Below are positions 40,442-56,344 of a stretch of 64,000 nt of DNA, in pieces; the stretch's first letter is position 1; the number at the start of each line of letters is the position of its first letter. The position numbers and the translations under genes are program-made. The DNA is from the human T2T-CHM13v2.0 reference genome, Homo sapiens, in assembly GCF_009914755.1 (NCBI RefSeq), contig NC_060939.1. One strand, written 5' to 3'. A model generated the notes under the pieces. That model saw nothing but the letters and a program-made list of their open reading frames with translations, was not told where the DNA came from and ran no database searches.

Positions 40442-42088
40442 TCTTTTCTAAAGCACACAAAGAAACCTCCCATCACATATATTGACAAGATAAATCTAAG
40501 CTGCTTAAAGAAGCACTTAATTTTGTTCTCATTAAGTCGCAGGGTTAAGGGCTTTACCCTCAACGCCCATGGAAGCAATGTTAGGTTTTCACCTTGGAAA
40601 GTTCTCTGAGGCCCTAAGTCCATTGACAAATATAGCACTAAGATGTGTTACAGAAAATTGCATCTGAAAGCCAGTTGCTTTGCTGGCCTCATTCCCACTT
40701 GGCTCTGTGTTCTTCAATGAACATGAACGCACAGAGAACACCAGAGGGGCACACGTGTTCATCCCTCTGCCTTAATGCACACAAATTATGATCATCCCAC
40801 TGTCTGATCAGCAGTGGATCTAAGGTGGGAGGGTGTGCAGCTTAGATGGGGACAGTCACAAGCCGGTTTTACTACTAGAGCTAGGAGGCTTAATCTTCTT
40901 AATAGCGATTAGGTTGATGCCACCCTAACATTTTCTCTGGTTATTTCAGGGACTGAGAAGGTGCCAGCTCACATCACACATCCTTTCTGATGATATGAAT
41001 GGAGAAGTCTATGTCATAATTTAAGGTGCATTCTTACACATCCTGTGTTCTGATTAGAGCAATATATTGCCAGATACCTCATCTTTGCACCTGAAAACAC
41101 AGTACCTGGGATTTAAGAAATATTTGAGCACTTGAAAGGAAGAAAGAAAAAAAAAAAGGAAAGAAGGGAAGGAAGAAGGTCTAGAAGGACACATACCAAA
41201 AATTTAACTGTGATTGTATCTAGTAATTTTCTTCCTTTCTACTTTTATGTCTTTTCCATAATTGTTATAGTGAGTATTGTTTTACTTTTATGACGGGTAC
41301 AATAAAATGAACTTGATTTTGATCATTTACTAAAACTGCTTTCAAAAAACATCAATTCTAATACAACGTGCTTTAAAAGTCTTCATTACCCTCAAGGAAT
41401 TTTACCTCTGACTCTAGGCAACACAGCCGTGACAAAAATGCGCCACTCCAAGCTTCAATAGACGAAGTCTAAAGTTAAGGTTTCTCCCGAGGTGTTTACA
41501 TCTCGGCTCTTCTCTGGTGCTTTTTCATGGTTTGGTTTGGAGGTGAGTTGTAGGAGGGGCCACACCGGCATGCGGTTGCAAGGAGAGAAGGGTGTTGCTG
41601 CCCTCCCGGCATCACACCCATCCTAAGAGCAAACACAACCCACAAACTTGGGTGTCATACTGCCTGGGTGGCTCCCCAAAGGTGCTGGAGGCACACTCCT
41701 AGAGGGTGGGGCCGAGGAAGCTGAGATGCAAAAAAAATAAAAACAATGGCCAGGGCTCTGTTGGGCAAGGTTTTCTGTTGTCTTCTTTCTTCTTGCCCCT
41801 ACTGTTCACAGTATTTGGCTAGGTTTTGCTTAAATCTTTCAGAGAGGAGTGTTAACCTCCCAAAATGAAATAAAATATAAAAGGAAATAAAATAAAAGCT
41901 TGAAAAAGATGACCAGGAATGCCATAGAAAGAACGTAGAGATAGAACTAAAGTTTAGGGTACTTCAAATGCGTAATCTAGGTCGGACGGGCACTGATTCA
42001 CAGAATACTATATTAGAGACCCTCACAGCAAGCCTTGTTGGTTATTGATTCAGTTCCAGACCATGGTTACCTTTCGGTATTGTACAAT

Positions 42089-42250
42089 ATTGGCTTGAAG
42101 TGCTCCACGTTTGCACCCCTGACTCATATTGCTCTGGATGGTAAATGAGCTTGCACACGACATCACATTGCTCCCCACTCTGACCTACATTATGTTTTGC
42201 TGTGAATGAGTTTAATGGATTAACATCTGATTGGCATGAGCTTCCACGTG
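42089..42250. promoter_or_regulatory. Candidate enhancer: RORE, E-box, E'-box, Y-box, AP-1
   Basis: CACGTT 42106, TGACTCA 42120, ATAATGTAGGTCA (-) 42181-42193, CTGATTGG 42227, CACGTG 42245, all in non-repetitive sequence. Confidence 0.45.
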
Positions 42251-44438
42251 TGACTGCCGAGGGTTGGCAATGCTTTTCGTGAGCCCACAGAGGCATTGCA
42301 GACGTTTGCTCTGAGTTTTCGTCTCGAAAATTTTGCTTTGTGTTTTGTTTTGCTTTCCTCCTAGTAAGAGTATCGTTCTCATTATGACATTTTTGTGCCA
42401 GAAAAAAAAAAAAGAAAGAAAAAGTGAGCAGTTCCCTACCTACACAATGAAAAACCTAGGTGGTTTTTATTGTTATCCAAAACACAGGGCATGCTGAACT
42501 GGTTTCATTTGAAGGCAGGGCTTGTATTAAATGCCAAATAAGGAATTTTTACACAATGTGGAAAATGAGGCAAATACAAAATGAATATTGGGTTGAGTTT
42601 TCCCTGAAATTTCTGTGGACTGGAGTTTGGATTTAAAATTTTCCACTCATAACTTACATTATCAATTTGTAGACTATCACCACAAGTATGTGCATAATGA
42701 TGACCCTGTGATTTCTGAACAGTTACTTAACTACAATGGGATTTAATCAAAGGATTCAACAATTGTAGGGGCAAAAGGCCGTAAAATGAACAAACTTAGA
42801 ACTGTAGAGCTGTCTTTACTATGCAATTATGATAAAGGTCGAGACAAGGCCATTTTCTAAAAGCAGAGAGGTGATTGTAGTGTCTATTTTCTTTGGTAAC
42901 TAAGACCTTAAAAACAAGCTTCTGAAGTTATGGTTAGAATTAGAAATCCATCCCATTCCCTTCACCAACCAACCAACTGACATTTTTTTATTATTAAAAT
43001 TTTTTAAAATATATATTCTGTTCTATAGACTGTAAGAATTAGGAAAACTGGGAGATAATTTCTCTAAAGGGAAGTATAATCTATTTGCTTAATGATCCTA
43101 CAAGGAGCTAATAAGTATCATCTCTCTTAGAAATAATAATACTTTGCTTTTATATAGAATCTTTCTCCAAGGAGTGCAAAGTATATTACAGATAATATCT
43201 AATTAATCCTCTTAGGGTCCCCAGGTGAAAGGGAAGTGGCAGGTATTATGAAGGTTCATTGGCACCATCAGCATGTCTCAGGTGAGGAAATGGAGCTATA
43301 GAAAGCACGGTAAAAAGGGCACACGCATAGTTATTTAGGCTAGATCTGCGTGACCTCAAAGCACCGAATCCACCCATTGACAAGAAGAATCAATTGAGTT
43401 TGAGCAAAAAAACAGGATCGTTTGACTGAATGCTTTGCCTTTTCCACCAGCTGGGCTCATGTAGCATGAGTTTTAGTAGGTTTGCCAGTGAAAGAACCCA
43501 CATTACCTGACTTCCAGCCTGGTGGCTTCTTCAGAAGGACAGCATGGGTAGTACGGATTGCTTCAGTTTCCCATTTGCTGCTTGACACAGCACCCTCAAG
43601 CAGCACATCAGCCATGTGGCTGTGGTTTGGTTTCTCATTGTCCTTTTACGTTTGGTTGCCTGGAGTCTGTCCATTGTTCTCTGCAAAGTGGGTCTGTATG
43701 GGGTATTTTGGGGGTGGGGCATGAAGGAAGGTAGTATGGTAAGAAAGGGGCAGGGGATTGAATAATCTGTTTTGGTAGCTTCTATCTGTTGAAGCAATAG
43801 GAGATACACTACAAGTCTACATCTTTTGTATCAAGATAAATCACAACCTGAGTCTTGAGAGAGGGAAGTATTTGTCCTGCTGCAAGTGCTGCTCCATTTC
43901 ACTTTTAAACATTCCATGGGCCCAATTCAGCTTCCCATTGTCACAAATCCTCTCTGGAGACAGAAGCCCATACCACTGTCTTGATCAATACCTGATGAAC
44001 AGGAAGAGAGTGCTTCTGCAAAGAGGGAGCAAACCTTAAAATAAAAGCCGAAGTAGCACTTCCTAAGCTTGAAACTCTTCCACTGACAAGCTCTCTGCAG
44101 AGTTGGGGCTCAGCTAAAATTACCTCCCAAAAAGGAAAAAGCCTCCAAGAGAAAATTCAGTCAAATTAACAAACTAGTTGCCTCTGATGTGAACTACATT
44201 TTTGACAGGTTGAGATAATAAATAGTTTCTGATTCTTACTTACCTAGCTCAGGAGAAGTTGATAGTGGTTTTACAAGAGAAAGACACTAATAATGTCACT
44301 TGTTGTGCAAATGGAGGCATACAACATGCTCTGAGGGAAGATACCACTTTTTCCAATGTTGGAACTCAACAAGTCCATCCGATGGCCCTCAATTGGCCAC
44401 TGGAATCTGTAACCGTTGGTTTGCCACTAGACAGGTGA

Positions 44439-44941
<503 letters not shown>

Positions 44942-45462
44942 CACGGTCATCTATTTCTTGAAGCCACTCAACTGGTCCTTAAGTCCACCCACTGACATAA
45001 ATCCTCTTTTAATAACCTCGTTGACCTCTTCCTCTCCCACAGCTCTTCTCTGTTTCCATGAAGTTCCCATTTGTGTCCAGTTCTTGGCTGGTACACTGGC
45101 CATCCTCCAGCCTGGAATATCACCCTACTCTCTAAGTTTAGCCTCTCCCCTTATTTAATACTGGGGCACATACTAAGTTCTTCCAGATCTGCTTCTCATC
45201 CTGTTCCTCTCAGCCACCCTGTAGGATTTGTATAGAACACATTGTATACATACTTGAGTTCATGTTTACCACCCATTTGCAGGCCTTTTTTGTGGATGTA
45301 TGCTCAGCCTCTCCTTCCAAACTAACTGTCACCTCCTTGGACTGAGGCTTAGAGTTTAGGGTTTTCAGGATAGAGAGCTTATCTGTTAGGTCCTTTGAAC
45401 CGCTCCCTAGCATTCTGGCAATAGAGGAGCCCTCTGTATTATTCGTGTTGATAGCCCAACTA

Positions 45463-45750
<288 letters not shown>

Positions 45751-46723
45751 TCAACTCTGGCTTGCATTAGAAGTTGAGTTCTTTGTCATTTTATGCCTGT
45801 ATGTGTGTCCCAGGGTGGGTGGGAGAAACACTTACAAATAGCTTCTATTGAATAAAGGGCTATGAAGGAATTTTCCATAACACTTGCACAAAAATTATTG
45901 CATTTAACTCCCCAGGCTCTTCATAGAAATCCTAACATCTTCCCCTCCCTCCCAAGCCTTTTCAGTTCCCTACACTTTCCCCCCAACCCTGTTCCCAGGG
46001 TATAGCGGCAATAGAGCAGCTAAGTCTGTTTGGTATTCAGTTAGAATTATTTATATATCAGAGCTCAGGCTTGTTTATGCAGTAGAATGCTGAAAAGGAA
46101 GTGAATCAGATCTATTCCCTAACAGAGCATCCAGGGGTCAGGGTGAAAACAAATACTGATGATAAGGTAAAATCCATGTTCTACAGTCAGCTTTATTATG
46201 AACCTCAAATACCACAGCCACGCAGGACCAAGGCCTTGATGTAGTGCCTGCATAGCTAGCAAAGAATACGTGAGCAGCTAGTCATTCCTATCCTAGGGAA
46301 GCTCCTGAGCCCATGAGCATGGGGAAAATCCCAGAGGCCTTCAGGAAACCATTGATTTTCCATCCCTTCCTCCAGGCCTACACATCCCAAAACTTATATC
46401 AGAAAGATCCGTGGTGGGATTCTACAATATAACACACCCTAGCTTGATTAACTTTATGTAAACATATCTTTGAAGTGACTACATTTAAGTTTTTCAGCAG
46501 CAGTAATTAACAGCTACTACCATTCACTGAGTTTCTACTATGTGCCTGGTATTATTATACAGCTCTCATTTAATTCTACAACAACTCTGAGAAACCATTA
46601 GCATTACTCTCATTTTATTGATTAAGAAACTCAAAGATGCAAAATCTGATATCTATGAAGTAACAGACTGAGGATTAACACTCGAGCTCCTTTGATTCTA
46701 AAGCCCATTGTTTTCCTTTAGAT

Positions 46724-47200
46724 CAGGGGTCCTTAACCCCTGGTACTGGTCCTGTTAGGAACTGGACCGCACAGCAGGAGGTGAGCCGAGGGTGAACCAG
46801 CATTTCCACCTGAGCTCCAGATTCTGTCAGATGAGCAGCAGCATGAGATTCTCAAAGAAGCATGAACCCTGTTGTGAAGTGCACACGTGAGGGATCTAGG
46901 TTGTGCGCTCGTCATGACAATCTAATGCTTGATGATCTGTCACTGTCTCCCATCACCCCCATATGGGACCATCTAGTTGCAGGAAAACAAGCTTAGGGCT
47001 CCCACTGAGTCTACAATGTGGTGAATTGTATAATTATTTCATTATATATTACAATGTAATAATAATAGCAATAAAGTACACAATAAATATAATGTGCTTG
47101 AATTGTCCTGAAACCATCCCCCAACACTCCTGCCCCACTCTGTGGAAAAATTGTCTTCCATGAAACTGGTCTCTGGTGCCAAAAAGGTTGGGGACTGTTG
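46724..47200 (+). mobile_element. MER1A (hAT-Charlie) inserted at the end of a MIR
   Basis: caggggtcc...aaaaaggttggggactgttg termini; 8-bp TSD ctttagat/ctttagac. Confidence 0.88.
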
Positions 47201-47485
47201 CTTTAGACCACCCTGCCTCTGTATGCCACATGTGAGGCAGTGGCTGCATTTAGAAGGTGGGGGCTGAAAGTTCTGCTGAGGAGGGAAGTAGTAACTTGAA
47301 TATCATGTGTCTGGTCTGTCAGGAGTTTTTACCTTGGTTTCACTGCCTCAGAAACACTCAGGGCTGGAGGCCCGATAGGAGAGAGACTGGATTCTTATCC
47401 AGTTTATGCCACTCTGGACAAAGCCCTATCTTGCCTTGCACTTAGACTTGGGAAGACAGGTTTCTCCTTATGTTAAAAATTAGTT

Positions 47486-47781
<296 letters not shown>

Positions 47782-50700
47782 CAGAATTAGTTATATTAAA
47801 AAATAGAACAGACAATGCTGCCACTGTAAGTCTTCAATCAGAGTGCAGATAAGTAACCCGTCTAAGATGTGGTGCAGGATATGTTCAAGTCTCAACCCAG
47901 GCAAGAGCTCTGTGATGAGAAGTTGACTATTAATGGCTGGGTGGCCTTCACCTGGCATGCATTTACTCACATTCTCATGGCTGCAACCCAATTTCCTTCC
48001 TGAGCAGTGGGATGATGTTGGTGGGCTTTCTGGACAGCTCCTGTGGTGCCTCTGAAAAGCAGGGCTCTGCTTACTACACTGGTCCCAGGGCACAGAAGAG
48101 GGAGGGAGGGCCCCGCATGAAGAATCCCAGGCAAACCTCCAATCCTCTATGCTCCAGAGCACACAAACAATCAGGACCTGTAGGTCTTTCAGCAGAAGGG
48201 GCCTCAGAGATGATCCCTCCAACTCCAGCACTTAGAGGTGGGCAGACAAGGCAATGAGAAAGGAAGCTCCATGCTTAACACTGCTGGGAAGTGGTGTGCT
48301 GAGACTAGAATTCTGGGCTTTTTAAACTCCACATCATCAGAGCTTCTCCAGCCTTGCTCTGCCCCTGCAGCCCAATTTGGGCACATTTATCCCAAAAGAG
48401 GTTTTGCCTCTGTACGGCCTCATAAGGACGGGTCACTCCTGTCCCTGCTTTGAGTAACTCCCAACACAGTCTCCGTGCCCTCAAGGCTATGTGTATTTCT
48501 CACTTTCCCTGGAACTAGTCACTCATGGACACTCTGCACTCCTACTTCTAAACTGCATACTTCTGCAGGCCCAGGCCTACATATCTTTCTTTCTTAGCTG
48601 CCAACTTCTTTTTGTCCAAGTAGCTGCCAGCATAGAACAGGTAATCAATACATATTTATTAAATAAATGAATGTATAATGAATAAATATCAAAAAGTTGC
48701 CTACAGTACTCAAGAAGATGGACAGTTTCAGGCAGCAGTTGATTAGAAGACAACTTCAGTAAGGGGTAATAAAAGGTGGCTCTTCTTCCCCATTTTTGCA
48801 TCCTTCCTTCCTCGCACTCACACTGTGAACCAGAAGGGTTTACCTTTAGAGTGCTATTCTATGGTTGAAGAGGAGGCTAGGCTGAGGGTCTCCTTCCTCT
48901 GTCTTGTCAGAAGCACCCCTAATGGTGGCTAATAAATTCGATTGCATCTATCCTTCAGTTTTCTAACCTTCTGTCTCTTTTGGTCCTACCTTCAGCTCAA
49001 GGGCTTAAGAAAGAAGATATTTCTTTTGGGGAAGATGATTTAACCTTTGATTGGACCTCCAGGTTTCTCAAACCCTGTCAGCAACCCACCTTTGCATCCA
49101 AGACTTACTAGGAAGATCCAACATTTAAAATACCGCTACTGAAACAAATTATATGATAATAAAACAGCAAATTCCTTAGCCTTCCCACAGTCACCCTCAA
49201 GATGTTATAAATTATAATAGAAGTGGTTTCAATTCTTTTTTTCTGCAACAGTATAATAAAACTATTTTGTGATACGTGTCTAATAATACACAGATTTTTT
49301 TAAACAAATGAAATCTGAATTGTCAGTGACAGTGTATTTTTCTTCTATGAATATTAGAAATCTTAGCAAGTGTGGCTGATACTTTCAAATGGGACTCATA
49401 TCCTACATAGGACATGTTGATAATATCATTGCATTAATTTGGGGATGATGAAGACTTATTCCAGAGGTGGTATACCAGTTGTTCCCTACATATTCTATTT
49501 GGATTACAAGTGATTGTCTAACATTTTTAAAAAAGTTGAAGTATATTCCAAAATTTAAACATCTAGATGTTTTCTTTAAAAAGGTGTGTTTTGTTGAATA
49601 TAGAAAATAGGCAATACAAGGTCTTTGTTCCTGCATTATACAACTAAATTTGGTCTAAATGAGTGACTGCCATCTTTAGCCAGGACACAAACTCTCTGGT
49701 CAACATAACCCACAGCACTCTCTATTGTCTAGTGGAACTAAGGTCATGTGTCAGTTGCCATTTATCACTGGGTTTGCATGATGGTTTGGATTTATTTTGG
49801 CTTATCCTTTTGATATGTACCCAGACAGCTTAAGGTATCCACCTAACTTCTGCAGTCATCTGCGATAGGACCCAGTGTATTGCAAGGCATTACATGACGG
49901 ACTGGACCCAATTCAAGCTCTGGTACTTGTTCCCGAGGCCAGAAGACAAGCCTTTCTTGCAAACTGCACAAGACTCAACACAGTCCTACTGCTTCCAGGA
50001 AGGCTTTTGTGACTGCTGGTGCTCAGCTTTTCTTTATTTCCCTGACGCGGGGTTCCCCAGCAGCCAGAACCAATGACACCACTTGGTGAGAATTCACATT
50101 GTTGTTCAGTTGCTTGACTTAGAACAGATTTGTCTTTCTATGGGAGAAAAACCCTGAAGATGAAAATACTATCTCTTGGACAAGAGAGCCTGACCTCTCT
50201 CTGCTCACAGCTATTGGACACATATCCTATTCAACAGAGCGAATACTTTGAACCTGGGTTAAGCAGGGAAAAAAAAACAACAATTTAGGTTACCTTAATC
50301 AGCAAGGCAAACAGACTTTTCATTTCCTTTACTTTTTTTCAGACTGTGGCCAGGGCTTCCCTGGCAATAAAAGATCATACCAAATTGTTCTAAATTATGT
50401 AGATGATAGTTATTAATATAATCTTCTTCCAAAAGAAAACAAATGTCATAAAGCCAGCAATCCATGCCAGAGAAGCCCAGGAATGTTCCCCCTTAGTAGG
50501 GTGTCCGGCTAACCTGGGCGCTGGCAAGTCATTCCTCCCTTCACAGTCTGAGGCTGAAGAGGTCACTTGGTTTGAGGAAATGGCTCCTCAGCTCCTCCTA
50601 CCCCCACTTTACCCACTAAGAAAACCAATGGCGCCTTTTATCAGTTTGGCAAAAAGACAAAGGGAATGTTTAATTCTGTACTTAAAATTCTTGGTTCCTA

Positions 50701-51231
50701 CTGTCAGCATTCCCAGTTCTCAGAGAACACTGAATGGATATTTGAAGAGTTTTGTGAAACTGAGACTGAACAGTGGCAACGAGGAGGAAAAGATCCAAAA
50801 TTAAAAGAACATTTAAAAATACACGCCCCCGTACATTCCACTCTCCTCACTTTTCTCTCCTCCTCAACCAAGTCATATTCAGCCCTTAGGAATATTCCCA
50901 CAGGAGGGAGGTGATGTAATATCCTCAGACTGTCTGTGTTCCAGTCCCAATTCACCCTACCTAGCCATGAGGACTTGGGTAAGGAAGTGAACGTCTCCAT
51001 GCCACAGTCCCCATGACAGTAAAGTGAAGTTAACAACAGTGCCAAGTTCTGGAACCTGTCATCTATGAAGGGCTCAATACATATAAACTACTATCATCAT
51101 TTTAATTTTCTAAGGAAAGCACCTGATTACAACAGGATCTGCAACGCAGAGTAACAGCTGCCAACTGGCAGACTGCTGACCCTAGCCTTTCAAGCTAAGA
51201 CTTTGCAGGGTAATAAAGTGAAGCTCTCTAG

Positions 51232-51942
<711 letters not shown>

Positions 51943-53306
51943 AATTATCTCTTTTAAAGAAGGATTTTTCTTCTTACATAGAAAATTTGTGTTTAAGGGG
52001 GATCTTGGGATGTCAAAATGGGCTCTGCCTTTTCAATCTGAAAATATACTGATGTGATGTGTGACCATCTAAGAACATTGCTGCACTTGAAATGTGGTCT
52101 ATAAATTATTTTATAGACTGAATAATGTAATCATCCTCAGATTAGAAGGCCAGAAGAGGCTGTATGAGGCCCTCTTTTCACAGAAGAGCCATCCAATCCC
52201 TGAGAGTTTAGAGACTATGACCAAAATCAAGTGAGGGGTAAAGATGGGGCTGGAATTCAAGTCTTTTGGCTTCCCATCAAATGAATTTTTCATCTCACCA
52301 AGCTAACTCTGATAGCTAGGTTGGATGACTATGCTGTTGGAAAGTGCTGGGCCTTGTAAGACTTTCTGATTCTAGCTCTTTTTGTGAGAGAGGATGAGTT
52401 TTAATAACTACACAAACACCCGATTTATTCTCAAGCAGCCTGTGATGCAGGGCCTTGGCCATACCTCCCAATGTGTCATCATTTCCATGGGAAGACCTAC
52501 AAGGAGCAGGAATCCAACATACAAGGACATAGTGAGAAGCAAAGAGGCATGAAAGTGGATAAGAATCTTAGTGGTGGAAGTTCGAAACCACTGAATAATG
52601 AGAAACTTTTTTGAACACAATGATGTGGCACAGTCAGCTGTAAAACATCTTCTTCCTTTGTTAGCTTTCTTCCAAAGTGTCCCAGCGACAGGCTGGTGGT
52701 CAACTTTCATGGTGTTTCTCCAAAGACCTTCACGTGGTGCCTCATGGCAGACGTTCCTTGGAGATTGTCTAAGGAGAATAGAAGAAGCCTGGACAAACAA
52801 AGCTATGAAAACCACAACTTCATTCATTCCTGAAGGTTTGCATTCACAAAAATTGCACAAATTGTTCTGCACATTGAAAAATAACACCAAAATCTTATTT
52901 TTAGAAAGGGAATATAATGACACAATTGGGGTTCCTTTAGCTTTCCAAACAGTGCCCAACAGTAGTTTCCAAGAAAGTCATGAGCTAGCTTTTTTCTAAT
53001 TGTGTACACAGTTGTGTTTGTGTAAATGTACACAACTGTATGCATGTACACAAACACACTCACCATTTAATAGCCAAAAATCCCTCTAAAATGTTAGGGG
53101 AAGGAAAGATCCATTTTCTAGTTCAAGTCATCAGTCTTAAAATTCACAGTTGGGAGAAATTCTGCTACAATGAATTATGTAAAAAAATTATGATTCTTCC
53201 TCTCAACCTAATGTAGGAGAATTGCCTTCACCCACAAATGATCTTACGCTACACTAGAACTACTCAGTCAGCATCTTTAATTATCATTTCCCACCAGCCT
53301 CTAGGC

Positions 53307-53471
53307 CAGTGCTTTTCAAAGTTTAATGTGCATACGAATTGCCTGGAGATCTTATTAAATATGCTAATTCTGATTCAGTAGGTCTGGGGTGGGCCCTGAG
53401 ATTCTACACTTCTTATAGTTGCCGAGTGATGCCACAACTTCCAGCCCATGGACTAAACTTTGAGTAGCAAG
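53307..53471. mobile_element. MER5 (hAT-Charlie MITE)
   Basis: cagtgcttttcaaagt...attctgattcagtaggtctggggtgggccctgagattct...actttgagtagc. Confidence 0.8.
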
Positions 53472-53789
53472 ATTCTAGACCAAGCCCACTTAACACTGTT
53501 CTCTCACTAGGGCAAGAAGTGGGCTACAGCCAATTTTATGGCTAGGATGGTAGACTTCTGTGAGGTGCCATATTCCCTGTGAATCTTCCCCTCCTTCAGA
53601 GATACCGCCTTTTGTATCATCTTTCTTCCTTCTCTTCTGAATGCACTTGCAGTTGCAAACCTAAAGGAGACAGCCTGTTGCACTGGTCCAGGGAGAAAAG
53701 CATGCAAACTTGGGTTTGAATTTCATCAATACCACTTACAGGCCAGGTAATTCTCTCTGAGCCACATCTGTAATATGGAGCTAAGATAC

Positions 53790-54555
53790 TGTGGTGTGAT
53801 CATATATATTGGTTTTCATCCACAGTCCCTGGCTCATAACTCCCATATCCTTTGTTACAGTCTTGTTATAATGTTGATTGTGTGAGGCCTCAGGGACAGG
53901 TCTCTGATCTTCTCCTGCCCTACAGTCACCTGCCCCAAAGCAGGACTCTACTCTTTCCCCACCTTTCTGATTGTAGGTTTTAAGACCCTCCTCAGAGAGA
54001 GTCCCACCCTATACTCTGAAGAGAGATAATGCTGATATCATGACGCTTCCATAAAAACCCAGGAGGGCTGGGTTCAGAGCTGAATATGTGGAGGTTCCTG
54101 GAGAATGGTGCCCCAGGGAGGGCATGGAAGCTCCGTTCCCCTTCCCCCATACTTAACCCTAAACATCTCCTCATCTGTATCCTTTGCAATATCCTCTATA
54201 ATAAACTGGTAAACATGTTTTCCTGAGTTCTTTAGACTACTTCAGCAAATTAATTGAACCCAAAGAGAGGGTGGTGGGACCCTCAACTTAAAGCTGGTTG
54301 GCCAGACGTTCTGGAGGCCTGGACTTGCAACTCGTGTCTGAAAGCATGGGGGGCAGTTGTGGGAACTGAGCCTTCAACCTGTGGGATCTGACAATATCTC
54401 CAGGTAAACAGTGTTAGAATTGAATGGAAGGGTACCCAGATGGTGTCTGTTACTTGGTGTGTGGGAAAAACTCCCACGCATGTGGTCACAGAAGTCTTCT
54501 GTGTTGATTATTGTTGTGGTGGTATGTATGCAGAGGGAAAACTCAGTTTCTGAGA
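53790..54555 (+). mobile_element. MER21A-like solo LTR inserted in a MIR
   Basis: tgtggtgtgatcatatatattgg...cctggctcataactcccata; internal aataaa; ...tggtcacagaagtcttctgtgttg. Confidence 0.75.
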
Positions 54556-55049
54556 ATTTTTCCCAAAGTGGAAATCCACCCCTGAGCTTGTTATGGTAGA
54601 TAAATGAGAGAATGTACAGCACCCAGAACAGTGCCTTGTACGCAACCATTCAACAAACAGCAGCACCCTCTTCTCTTTCTTTTCAAGTATCATGCCCCAA
54701 GTCAGTTCTTCATCCATGGTCCCAGCAGGAAAGACTTGAGGGCATAGCTTGTAATACCTATAGCATGTAATAAAAGTCCTATGGCACTGGCAGTTAGAAG
54801 GCAAGGTACAATCTTCCTTTCTTGGCAGTAAGTTATAAAACCTTTATCATGTTTTTTTGTCTTCTGTCATCACTCCTAAATTGGTATATTTGGCATTGTC
54901 ATTAATTAACTAACACATTTTACTGAGCCCCTATTATGTGCCAGACAATAAATCAAAAATACAGATGAAATCTCCAAATGCAACCAGCTCCCAGATTAGC
55001 TAGAGTTTAGGTAGAAAAACTCTGGATAATTGATTAATAAGGTCACATC

Positions 55050-55352
55050 TTCTTCTTTCTTTTTTCTTTTTCTCTTTTTTTTTTTTTTTTTTTTTGAGAC
55101 ATTGTCTTGTTCTGTCACCCAGGCTGGAATGCAAAGATGTGAACTCTGCTCACTGCAACCTCCACCCTCAGGGTTCAAGCGATTGTCCTGCCTCAGCCTC
55201 CTGAGTAGCTGGAATTACAGGCATGCAGCACCATGCCAGCTAATTTTTGTATTTTTAGTAGAGACAGGGTTTCACCATGTTGGCCAGGCTAGTCTCGAAC
55301 TCCCGACCTCAAGTGATCCACCCACCTTGGCCTCGCACTGGGATTACAGGCA
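55050..55352 (-). mobile_element. AluS with a rearranged or truncated 5' end
   Basis: Long T tail; ends cctcgcactgggattacaggca. Confidence 0.9.
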
Positions 55353-56301
55353 CATTGCATTTTCATTCTAAGATTTGGTGTTCTACGGATAGGACCTTCG
55401 TAACAGCAAAGTTATGTCACTATGGTACAGTTGGCATAATAAAATTAGTTCAACATATAGGCAAAAGAAATGATGGTCTGGACATCACTGGGCAGAGTTT
55501 TTATTCTTCTAAGTTCATCAGTTACTGGTAGAAGGATCGTGCTAGAATGCTCAAGTTTCCCATCTCATCCCTGATGCTGCATTCAGAAGCAAACACCACA
55601 CCTGCCAACATTCTAAAGGTGGTTTTCTTGTTGGGGAATTCAAAGTGAAGGTGACAGCAGAGAGTTAAAGACATTCACTTAGAAAATGGTCACTCCTCAC
55701 TTTTAAAAATGAGTCCGGTAAATGAAAAAACGTTAGATTTACAAATTGAATAGAAAAAACACTCTATAAGAAGGTTTTCTGGCTAAATGAATGAAAGGTA
55801 TCCGTCTGTGGTTTAATCACATTCGATTGAATAACGGTTGTTAGCTAAATTTGACTTTCCTGTCAAAATTGTCACCATGTTGCAAACTGACTTTAAAAGA
55901 CTAACTAGAGCCAGAGTGGAGTAGTGAGAAATTAATACACAAAGCTCGGGTAACAAGGAATTCATCTAACCATCCATGTCTTGACCTCTTTCTAACCCAA
56001 AGTACAAAACTTGGCAGGAAGCAGATGAGGAAGTCATTAATATGTGGAAAAGGATCTCTCAAAGGCACATCAAGACCCTGTGCCTTTCACTGATGAAAAT
56101 CAAAAGGAATTGTACAAATATTTACCACAAGAAAATAATTCTAAAAGGTGAAGGATTTCCACAATTGACACAGAGCTCTGTATTACTACCTAGGCAAAGT
56201 TTCTGGTTAGTACAGGCTCCCGTGCCGTTCTGAAAGTGAGGTGTAGAGGTCAGAGTTCAAGGACTGGCCTTGAGCTCTTTAAAAAGATAATCAATCAGCT
56301 T

Positions 56302-56336
56302 TGTGTGTGTGTGTGGGGGGGGTGTGTGTGTGTGTG
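56302..56336. repeat. Interrupted (TG)n
   Basis: Seen directly. Confidence 0.85.
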
Positions 56337-56344
56337 GCATTTCT

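Noticed and set aside
52408-52999. Longest ORFs (183 aa minus, 133 aa plus, overlapping)
   Set aside because: No recognisable domain or exon structure; ORFs of this length are expected by chance in 64 kb.
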